DNA of 43,549 nucleotides, taken from positions 1 through 43,549 of the IMG/VR virus record IMGVR_UViG_3300017766_005792; one strand, written 5' to 3'. The notes below the pieces were generated by a model, which had not been told where the DNA came from, ran no database searches, and saw only the letters and a program-made list of their open reading frames with translations. A program made the translations under genes and the position numbers. Positions 1 through 6,398 of this stretch are shown here, in pieces. This stretch comes from a virus (taxonomy: Duplodnaviria > Caudoviricetes). Position 1 is the stretch's first letter; the number at the start of each line of letters is the position of its first letter.

Positions 1-183
1 TCAGACGGCTCTGAACATCAGGTTCATGTCGTCCGGGTAGGCGCACTCGCGCCACTCGGCCTCGGCGTCGCGCCAGAGTTCCGGGTGGACGTCCTTCGGC
101 CAGCGGTGGGACCAGCCGTCCTCGGCCGCGATGGTGGCATCGTCGTCGTTGACCAGGATGTACTCGTAGTTTCCGTACTGCAT
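1..183 (-). CDS. Small acidic hypothetical protein (60 aa, MQYGNYEY...)
   Basis: ATG at 183 with SD AAAGGAG at 190-196; GC3-rich codons. The longer ORF-track start at 351 runs through low-complexity non-coding-looking DNA. Confidence 0.7.
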   Translation of the reverse strand: MQYGNYEYILVNDDDATIAAEDGWSHRWPKDVHPELWRDAEAEWRECAYPDDMNLMFRAV

Positions 184-191
184 CGTGAGCT

Positions 192-340
192 CCTTTATTT
201 TTTCCTGTCTACCCGCCCCTCGCCCTGCGGGCTCAGGACTTCCATTTTCAGGGTGTGAGGCACCAACCGTTGATGTCTCGGGCCCCTTTATTTCTTCCGG
301 GGCCCCACCCTGCCCTCCCCGGGGTTCCTTTATTTTTTCC
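192..340. repeat. Three dispersed copies of CCTTTATTT(T/C)TTCC
   Basis: Copies at 192-205, 285-298 and 327-340, read directly. Confidence 0.75.
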
Positions 341-803
341 CGTGGAGGCACCCAGCACCGCCCGACCGGGGATCTTTCTATTTCAGCAGGTCTGAGCGAG
401 CAGCGCGAGCGACCGCTAACGAGGTGCAGGGGTATTTTCTACGCGGGCCTCAGAATATCCCATTTCAGCGTGTGGGGGTGGGTGTGTATGAGAACCTGTA
501 GCTCGCCCGCGCCCCAAAAATCCCCCGTTTCACCATATTTATTTTCGCCGGCGGGGCGCCGTAAACGGGCGCCGAAATAATTCCCTGGGCTGGGTCGGGT
601 CTCGTGTGTGGGCTCGGCCTCAGAACTTCGTGTTTCACCGTGTAGGGGTCCTGTGTATGTGTGGCAGGGGGAAACACCAGCTCAGAGCGACATGGGCCAG
701 GGCGCGTTTCAGGCTGTAGGGGCGGGGGCGTTTGCTACCACCCGGGGTCCTGGGGAAGCCCTACGGCGTGCGACGGCACACGCCGCACGCCGCAACGCGG
801 GAA

Positions 804-826
804 GCCCCCACCTTCCGGGTGGGGGC
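804..826 (-). terminator. GC-rich hairpin closing the early operon (weak U-tract)
   Basis: GCCCCCACC-5 nt-GGTGGGGGC just downstream of the stop of 834..1037; only TT follows on the minus strand. Confidence 0.45.
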
Positions 827-833
827 GCTTCGT

Positions 834-1037
834 TCATCTTCTGGTGAGGTTCCGCCAGAAGAGGGAGAACCCAACCCAAGCCAGCGGAACCGTGACCAGC
901 GCCGCGCCGGTCCGGTACCCTCCCAGAATCTGGGAGGACACCTTGTCCACTCCCTCTCCGAGCGACGCACCGAGCGCCGTGAAGAGGGTGATGAAGAGAA
1001 CCCAGAACACCGTCATGACCACTTCGTCTACTTTCAT
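834..1037 (-). CDS. Small membrane protein, two predicted TM helices (67 aa)
   Basis: Two hydrophobic stretches; SD AAGGA within the upstream repeat element. Confidence 0.75.
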   Translation of the reverse strand: MKVDEVVMTVFWVLFITLFTALGASLGEGVDKVSSQILGGYRTGAALVTVPLAWVGFSLFWRNLTRR

Positions 1038-1127
1038 TCTTCGTTTCCTTTCTTCTGGTGGAAGAGCCCACCCTTCAGGACGGGAAGCGTTCCCGCTCTG
1101 AAGGGTGAGCCCCTCTTGCGAGGGGCT
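1038..1127 (-). repeat. Structured intergenic element, copy 1
   Basis: Minus strand: AGCCCCUC-GCAA-GAGGGGCU, CACCCUUCAG..CGGGAA-CGC-UUCCCG..CUGAAGGGUG, GGCUCUUC-CACCA-GAAGA, then SD AAGGA. Confidence 0.9.
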
Positions 1128-1131
1128 GCGT

Positions 1132-1218
1132 TCATCTGAGGAAGAGCCAGAAGGGCCCGAACCAGAGAACGGTTCCGATTGTGATACCCATTGCCAACTC
1201 GCCTACTTCCTTCAACAT
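1132..1218 (-). CDS. 28-aa hydrophobic peptide MLKEVGELAMGITIGTVLWFGPFWLFLR (not in ORF track)
   Basis: Translated by hand; fills the gap between element copies 1 and 2; same SD context (AAGGAAACGAAG-ATG) as the neighbouring gene. Confidence 0.7.
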   Translation of the reverse strand: MLKEVGELAMGITIGTVLWFGPFWLFLR

Positions 1219-1310
1219 CTTCGTTTCCTTTCTTCGTTGGTGGAAGAGCCCACCCTTCAGAGCCTGCCCACTTGCAGACCCTGAAGGGTGAGCCCCTCTT
1301 GCGAGGGGCT
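1219..1310 (-). repeat. Structured intergenic element, copy 2
   Basis: Near-identical flanks to copy 1; the apical stem is replaced by GGUCUGC-AAGUGG-GCAGGCU, which still pairs. Confidence 0.9.
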
Positions 1311-1315
1311 CTCTT

Positions 1316-1513
1316 TCAGAAGGGGAGGTGGTCGGGGCTCCCCTCGACCTCGACCCCCACTTCTTCTTCTGGCCAAATCAGGGACCCGTCGGGCCCCTCG
1401 ATGTACCCGATATCCATGAGCTGGAGTCGAATATCTTGGTTGTACTCCCGCCAAGCGTCTGCATGGGGGTCACCACAGTAGAAGCCCTCTTCGTCGTACT
1501 CGTAATCGTCCAT
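1316..1513 (-). CDS. Very acidic 65-aa protein ending in DHLPF
   Basis: ATG at 1513 after SD AAGGGGAG; 19 D/E versus 2 R and no K. Confidence 0.75.
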   Translation of the reverse strand: MDDYEYDEEGFYCGDPHADAWREYNQDIRLQLMDIGYIEGPDGSLIWPEEEVGVEVEGSPDHLPF

Positions 1514-1615
1514 GTTTTCTCCCCTTGGTTTGGTGGGCCTCACTGTGAGGACCCACCCTTCAGAGCGGGAAGCGTTCCCGCCCTGAAGGGTGGGCCCTCC
1601 CTTGCGGGAGGGCCC
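1514..1615 (-). repeat. Structured intergenic element, copy 3 (divergent)
   Basis: GGGCCCUCCC-GCAA-GGGAGGGCCC, ACCCUUCAG-GGCGGGAA-CGC-UUCCCGCU-CUGAAGGGU, GGGUCCUCA-CAG-UGAGGCCC. Confidence 0.9.
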
Positions 1616-1622
1616 TGCCTTG

Positions 1623-2720
1623 TCACCCTGCCTTAGTGACCCAAGCCGCTTCCCATGCGGCTTCCCCGAGGTTATTCATGGCCTTCAGGTCCCTCACGTT
1701 CAGGACCTGCCATAGAGCCCCTCGGGCAATCCGCATCGCGGCTTGCACCTGCTTCCGTGTCGGACCGTTTCGGTCCGACCCCTCGCTTTCCAGATTCTGA
1801 ATCGCGAGGAGTCGCTTCGGACCGTAGTGTCCGAAGGGGAGCTTTTCCATCTTCCACCGTGTCAGCTTCGCGACGGTCCCGTACTCGACCGGACCGTTTT
1901 CCCGAAGGATGTCGGACAGCGTGTGCTCCGACCACTTCCCGAGGGTCTCGACGAATCCCCGTGCGCCCCGACGCTTCACGTCAGCCCACACGGTCTTCAT
2001 CGCTGTCCCGAAGTACTTGATTCCCTCGGGGGCTGCCTTCCGATCGTTTCGCTGAATCGTCAGCGACTCTCCCGTCAGCCGCCCCTCCGTGTCGTACCGC
2101 CTGAGCGGCACAACCTGAAGCCAGCCGTTCCAGACACAGAGTCGGACGAATCCAGCCACAATCGCGATTCCGCAGTCGTATGGGTTCCACAGACTCGGAC
2201 CGTCGACCTCCCATGGCTTGACCCCGAAGCAGACGTTGCCGTCTTCGTCGAAGACCTTGCCGTCTTCCGGGAGCCAGTCAGGGGCTTCGAAGCCCCATCC
2301 CTCGCGAAGTCGAATCAACTCCGCGTGTTCCGTCGGGAGCAGACCCTGCCCGAGCTTGGGCTCGTCGTACCGGGATGCGTGCCACGCGGCTTTCCCGATG
2401 AAGTCAAGGACCCCGTCTTTGAGAGGCGGCAGGAGCCGTCGGGGTCCGTAGACCCCTGCGGGAAGCGCCGTTTCTCTCAGGTGCCAGCCCTCTCCGCGCT
2501 TGCCAGCGGCAAACGCGTCAAGGACTCGCTCAAGGTCACGAGCCGTGACTTCGGGATTTTCGACTGCCTCCCCGAGCCTATTCAGAAGCACGCGCTTGGA
2601 CTTGGTATCCAAGGCGCGGCTCAGAACTGCCGAGCGGGAAAGCGGGAGGGGCTTCGGACGGCTCACGGTACTCAGACCGTCAGCCGCCGCCTTTGCTGCG
2701 CGTTTCTTGTAGTCAGGCAT
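1623..2720 (-). CDS. Hypothetical protein (365 aa), first gene of the putative early operon
   Basis: Long ORF with natural composition, co-oriented with its neighbours; stop lies 7 nt before element copy 3. No recognised family. Confidence 0.75.
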   Translation of the reverse strand: MPDYKKRAAKAAADGLSTVSRPKPLPLSRSAVLSRALDTKSKRVLLNRLGEAVENPEVTARDLERVLDAFAAGKRGEGWHLRETALPAGVYGPRRLLPPLKDGVLDFIGKAAWHASRYDEPKLGQGLLPTEHAELIRLREGWGFEAPDWLPEDGKVFDEDGNVCFGVKPWEVDGPSLWNPYDCGIAIVAGFVRLCVWNGWLQVVPLRRYDTEGRLTGESLTIQRNDRKAAPEGIKYFGTAMKTVWADVKRRGARGFVETLGKWSEHTLSDILRENGPVEYGTVAKLTRWKMEKLPFGHYGPKRLLAIQNLESEGSDRNGPTRKQVQAAMRIARGALWQVLNVRDLKAMNNLGEAAWEAAWVTKAG

Positions 2721-2800
2721 GTTGTATTCTCATGTTTTGGGTTTGCGCCTCAGGATGGGCCCCCCCTCGCGGAGGGTATGCCATCCCTGGGCTGACCCGA

Positions 2801-2819
2801 TATTCAGTTTTCAAAGAAC
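2801..2819 (-). promoter_or_regulatory. rrn-type boxA antitermination-like sequence GTTCTTTGAAAACTGAATA
   Basis: Matches the extended boxA of many bacterial rRNA leaders and spacers (GTTCTTTGAAAAC...); lies in the leader of the minus-strand operon. Confidence 0.7.
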
Positions 2820-2852
2820 CCCCGGGGTTCCCGCCCCGTTCGATGAAGCAAT

Positions 2853-2879
2853 AGTCTCATGCCCCGACGCCGTTGTCGA
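2853..2879 (-). promoter_or_regulatory. Possible sigma70-type promoter of the early operon
   Basis: TCGACA -35-like hexamer (2874-2879) followed by a weak -10 (GAGACT/GACTAT); position upstream of boxA fits. Confidence 0.3.
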
Positions 2880-2936
2880 ACAAAGTTTGTAGGCCTATGT
2901 CGTTTCGATTGAAACGCCGCAAACCCGCATACAAGC

Positions 2937-2970
2937 TGGCCCAAACCCTGTTGCGACAGGTTTGGGGCCA
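2937..2970. repeat. Imperfect inverted repeat TGGCCCAAACCCTGT-TGCG-ACAGGTTTGGGGCCA
   Basis: Read directly; could be a terminator-like hairpin for upstream minus-strand genes or a protein binding site. Confidence 0.6.
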
Positions 2971-2991
2971 CACTTGGAGCGTCCCACCCAC

Positions 2992-3080
2992 AAAAATTTC
3001 CCCGTATGCACTTTCAGAATGCCCGTGTAATTATTCGGGAAAAATTCCCCGCATGCACTTTCAGGCCGCGTAATTATTCG
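2992..3080. repeat. Imperfect tandem repeat, two units of about 45 bp
   Basis: AAAAATT(T)CCCCG(T/C)ATGCACTTTCAG...CG(T/C)GTAATTATTCG at about 2992-3037 and 3040-3080. Confidence 0.75.
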
Positions 3081-3158
3081 CGCAGCCCGTAAATACTGGG
3101 AAATTAATCGTTTTTCAGGGTGTATTTTTCTATTTTCTGGGGCCTATTTCTCTCGGCC

Positions 3159-4298
3159 TCAAGCCGTGAGCTTCGTCCCGTCAATCACGCATTTTCCGTC
3201 CTGGATCAAATAAACCGCCGGCTGATTATCTTTCCAGAGGACCCCAAAGCCCTGCTGCCAGTCCGGGAATTGTGACCCCGGCACCGTACCGTCTAGCTTG
3301 GCCAGCGTGCCGCAGCCCATCGAAAATACGGTCTTGCCTTGGGTATTTTCGTCGTAGTGGCGGTGGAACGCCAGCTCCAGGCGGTGGGTGTGGCCGAAAA
3401 TCGTCGATAAATGGTAGGCGCCGAGCATTTTTGCCGCCGACTCCCCTCCCTTCCGGCCAATCAAATGTCCGTGCGTGGCGAAAATCCCTGGCGCCACGGG
3501 TACGCGGGCCCCGTAGGGCCCCGCGTACTCGATTTTCAGCTGCTTTAATCCGAGCAACCCTGGTACGTCGGTGGCCCAAAGCAGTTCAGGGGCATTTTTT
3601 GCCAGATAGTCCCGGAGCCTACGCTCATGATTACCCTCTAAAAGTACGATCCGAGAATTTGGGCAATTAATTCGGAGAGTTTTCAGGAAGTTGTGACCCG
3701 CCTTGATAGCCGTCAGCGTCTGGTGGCGGTGCTTTGGCTCCACCTCCCACCGCGAAAGCGCCGGCAGGTCCAACAAATCGCCCAAAATCACGATTTTCTC
3801 GGGTTGGTAGGCCTTGGCCACCGCCAGAACCACCCCGACGGCCCGCTCGTCGTGGATGGTGCGCCAGTCAAACGTAGGCTCGCCGTTTTCCGCCAAGCCA
3901 GTCTCGCAGGTAAACCCGAAATGCACGTCGGGGATGCAGAGCACCTGCATGGCGGTGCCCAAAACCTCCGCCCGCGGCTCGACGGAAATATTTTCGTAGA
4001 CGGGCCCAGGAATTTTCGCGCCCCGGGCCTTCAGGTGCGCCTTTACCTGAAAATTCCCCGTCGACCACGAATTTACGGTGTAGCGCTCGACCTCGTATTT
4101 TTCGGTGTCGACGGCGGCTTCTTTCAGCAAGGCTTCGAGTCTGCGAATTTCAGAGAGCAAGGCCTCGTAGACCTCGCGCGTAAATTCCCCGACCAACCCC
4201 GGGGCTTTTTTCCCCAGCCGCTCCAGACAACGAGCGTAGGACGGGCGGAACGAGAGGTACCGGTGACCGATGGCTTCGCGGAATTGGCTAAGTTTCAT
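3159..4298 (-). CDS. Calcineurin-like metallophosphoesterase with N-terminal extension
   Basis: Motifs PDVH, LGDLLD, EGNHE, THGH, FGHTH and DWQQGF, typical of phage metallophosphoesterases. Confidence 0.9.
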   Translation of the reverse strand: MKLSQFREAIGHRYLSFRPSYARCLERLGKKAPGLVGEFTREVYEALLSEIRRLEALLKEAAVDTEKYEVERYTVNSWSTGNFQVKAHLKARGAKIPGPVYENISVEPRAEVLGTAMQVLCIPDVHFGFTCETGLAENGEPTFDWRTIHDERAVGVVLAVAKAYQPEKIVILGDLLDLPALSRWEVEPKHRHQTLTAIKAGHNFLKTLRINCPNSRIVLLEGNHERRLRDYLAKNAPELLWATDVPGLLGLKQLKIEYAGPYGARVPVAPGIFATHGHLIGRKGGESAAKMLGAYHLSTIFGHTHRLELAFHRHYDENTQGKTVFSMGCGTLAKLDGTVPGSQFPDWQQGFGVLWKDNQPAVYLIQDGKCVIDGTKLTA

Positions 4299-4342
4299 GC
4301 CAACACCTTGTCAGCCAACCAAACCAAGGTAAACCGCTCGTG

Positions 4343-4612
4343 CTACGCCAAGTCACCGAAGTCGTCGGGGCGGAGGTCCCGCCAATAATAGTGGCCGTTC
4401 TTTTCGCCCGGCAGGTACCCGAACCACGGCACCAGAACGTGGTGCTCCATGGCCCAGCGGCGCAAACCCCGCCAGGTGGTGTAGTCGATCCCCAAGACCT
4501 CGCAGAGCTCCATGGCCCGCCAGTAACCTTGGTTGCTACGCATGAAAGCCTCGAGCTGCCGTAGCAGCCCGAGGTAGCGGTTGTAAGTCTTCAGATAAGC
4601 ATTTCGCTGCAT
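4343..4612 (-). CDS. Hypothetical protein, possible HTH-like
   Basis: ATG at 4612 with SD AAGGAG; segment AMELCEVLGIDYTTWR looks HTH-like. Confidence 0.65.
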   Translation of the reverse strand: MQRNAYLKTYNRYLGLLRQLEAFMRSNQGYWRAMELCEVLGIDYTTWRGLRRWAMEHHVLVPWFGYLPGEKNGHYYWRDLRPDDFGDLA

Positions 4613-4631
4613 TTTCGGCTCCTTGACCCCA

Positions 4632-4659
4632 AGTATAGCCAAAACTTTTCAGCGAGCAA
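4632..4659 (-). promoter_or_regulatory. sigma70-type promoter TTGCTC-N16-TATACT
   Basis: Near-consensus -10 just upstream of the SD of 4343..4612. Confidence 0.6.
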
Positions 4660-4668
4660 GCTATTTTT

Positions 4669-5136
4669 TCAGGATGCAGTAGACCTGAGCATCCACGCCG
4701 TTTTTTCGTGCCCTTCGAGCAGGTCCGTGAGGAAATTAGCCGTCCCCTCGTCCCCAGCCTCCTGGGCCACCTTAATTACCTCACGCAGGTTGCGACAGAT
4801 CGACTCGTGGTCCTCCTTGAGGATCCGAACCATCGTCATCGCGTCCGGGACGCCTTCCTGCTCGGGAATCGAGGCCATCTCGAGGAGGTCCCGCATCGAG
4901 CAAGGGGCCATGTCGTCCAGAGCCCGAATACGCTCCGCGATCGCGTCGATCGACTCAGCGAGGGCCTCGTACTGACCCTGAAACATCGCGTGGAGCTGCT
5001 GAAAAAAGGGCCCCTGCACGTTCCAGTGAAAAGCCAGGGTCTTCGTGTAGACCACGAAGGTGTCGGCGAGGCACCGAGCCAGCTCATCAGCCAGGTCACC
5101 CATCGCGTCCGGAGCAATTCCGATTTCAGCGTCCAT
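4669..5136 (-). CDS. dps: Dps family ferritin-like DNA protection protein
   Basis: FHWNVQGPFFQQLH, DAIAERIRAL, GDEGTANFL and HEKTAWML signatures. Confidence 0.95.
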   Translation of the reverse strand: MDAEIGIAPDAMGDLADELARCLADTFVVYTKTLAFHWNVQGPFFQQLHAMFQGQYEALAESIDAIAERIRALDDMAPCSMRDLLEMASIPEQEGVPDAMTMVRILKEDHESICRNLREVIKVAQEAGDEGTANFLTDLLEGHEKTAWMLRSTAS

Positions 5137-5269
5137 GATTTTCTCCCGGGTAGGCGTGAAGGGTACTCCTACCTGCTTTCCCCGTCCAGCCTGAGTGCTC
5201 GGCTGCAGCCGCCTCGTAGTGATCGAGACAAGTCACCTGCATTAATCGGGCTAGTGCAGGGATTTGGTC

Positions 5270-5458
5270 TCAGAGCTCGGTCGCGACGTTCGTCTCCGAG
5301 ACGAAACGCACGATCCGAGGGGGCTCCCGATATTCCAAGGCGTGCAGCCGTACCCAACGCTCGGCGGTCTGGCGCTCGAAAAAGACCATGTCCAGCATAC
5401 GCGGACCCATGATCGTCGTCACCTCGATGCCCCAAAGCTCGTTGGTCGTCTGGTGCAT
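5270..5458 (-). CDS. Hypothetical protein (62 aa)
   Basis: SD GAGGT upstream; co-oriented with neighbours. Confidence 0.6.
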   Translation of the reverse strand: MHQTTNELWGIEVTTIMGPRMLDMVFFERQTAERWVRLHALEYREPPRIVRFVSETNVATEL

Positions 5459-5469
5459 GCCTACCTCGT

Positions 5470-5600
5470 AAAAAGCGACGCCACGCGAACCCGTCTGTTG
5501 CGTGGCGTCCTTGGGCTAGCATTAAGTGGGGATGCGGTGCCCAAGTTCCCTGTCGCTGGAGCAGCAGGTGTTACACACCTGCCCGACTTTCCGTCCAGCG
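5470..5600 (-). other. Structured intergenic region: three hairpins, the last terminator-like
   Basis: Stems 5554-5560/5594-5600 (enclosing 5564-5571/5575-5582), 5510-5516/5539-5545 and 5477-5486/5500-5509, the last followed by GCTTTTT on the minus strand. Confidence 0.55.
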
Positions 5601-5608
5601 TCAAGTAG

Positions 5609-5956
5609 TCAGCGGAGCTTTTCTTCGAGCTCGAGCTGTGCTGCGATTGCGCGAACGCGCTCTTGGTCTCGCTCGCGTACTGCCACGTTGTGGAAGGCGT
5701 GCGCCAGCTCCAGTTGCCCTTCAATGTTGGCCACGCCGGCCAGCAGGGCGTAGGCCTGCTTGGGGGTGAGGACCAGCTCTTCGTCCACCACCGGGTGTGC
5801 AATAAACCGCAGCATTGGATCGTACGAGGCCAGTTTATAGTTGGGCATCAGCTTGGTGATGCGAGCACCCAAGGACTCCCACTCCTTGTGGTAGTCCACC
5901 TTGCTGTGCGTGGTGTGACCGGTCGGCAGGCGGTAGGTCTGCAGGTATGCGCTCAT
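5609..5956 (-). CDS. Hypothetical protein (115 aa)
   Basis: ATGA overlap with the upstream gene; SD AAGGAG. Confidence 0.75.
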   Translation of the reverse strand: MSAYLQTYRLPTGHTTHSKVDYHKEWESLGARITKLMPNYKLASYDPMLRFIAHPVVDEELVLTPKQAYALLAGVANIEGQLELAHAFHNVAVRERDQERVRAIAAQLELEEKLR

Positions 5957-6264
5957 CGCTTCATCTCCTTCGCGCGCAGCTTCTCGGCTTCCTGGACGCG
6001 CTTGAGTATTCGATTCTTGAACCTGTACGAGTACTTAGGGTCAATCAGGTAGTAGTAGGCCTCAGCAGCCGACTGCACCGAATGAGGCGGCGCGGCAGTA
6101 CTCGGCTCGTATTGCAGGGCAGGCCACAGCACCCGTCGACCAGGGCAGTCCTCGTCGAGGAGCCAGTACTGAAACTGCGTGAGGCGGATGGTTGGTGGGT
6201 GCTTCTTGCAGCCGCCCTTACCGTCTTCCTCGCAGGTCACGGGCAGCGGTTTATCCCAGCTCAT
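5953..6264 (-). CDS. Hypothetical protein (103 aa, MSWDKPL...)
   Basis: ATGA overlaps at both ends; SD GAGG. Confidence 0.7.
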   Translation of the reverse strand: MSWDKPLPVTCEEDGKGGCKKHPPTIRLTQFQYWLLDEDCPGRRVLWPALQYEPSTAAPPHSVQSAAEAYYYLIDPKYSYRFKNRILKRVQEAEKLRAKEMKR

Positions 6265-6398
6265 GGCTGACCTCGCTTTCGCTGTTCCCACTCACGGTCC
6301 TTCTTGCGCTCCTCCCGCCAGAACCACAGTCCGCAGGCTATTCCTACGACGGCCGGAGTTAGAACCAGTGACAGCAATACCAAGTGAAGCGAGCTCAC
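6261..6398 (-). CDS. 45-aa single-TM protein MSSLHLVLLSLVLTPAVVGIACGLWFWREERKKDREWEQRKRGQP (not in ORF track)
   Basis: GTG start overlaps the upstream stop (GTGA) and its stop overlaps the next ATG; hydrophobic N-terminus and charged tail. Confidence 0.7.
   Translation of the reverse strand: MSSLHLVLLSLVLTPAVVGIACGLWFWREERKKDREWEQRKRGQP

Noticed and set aside
631-646. TGTTTCAC as a parS site
   Set aside because: Only a half-site; the rest does not match TGTTTCACGTGAAACA.
185-1139. Several plus-strand ORFs over the left spacer and early genes
   Set aside because: Low-complexity Pro/Arg/Gly translations, no SD, and conflict with better-supported minus-strand genes.
1038-1615. Repeats as a CRISPR array, integron attC sites or hammerhead ribozymes
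   Set aside because: Units are about 90-100 nt and separated by genes of unequal length; no cas or integrase gene; no RYYYAAC/GTTRRRY ends; CUGAAGG lies in a stem and the hammerhead CUGANGA/GAAA core is not formed.
1743-2795. 350-aa plus-strand ORF
   Set aside because: Antisense to the 365-aa gene that fits the operon, the boxA orientation and the repeat spacing.
5577-5599. GGAAAGTCGGGC resembling the RNase P RNA conserved region
   Set aside because: The region is far too short and the other RNase P conserved elements are absent.
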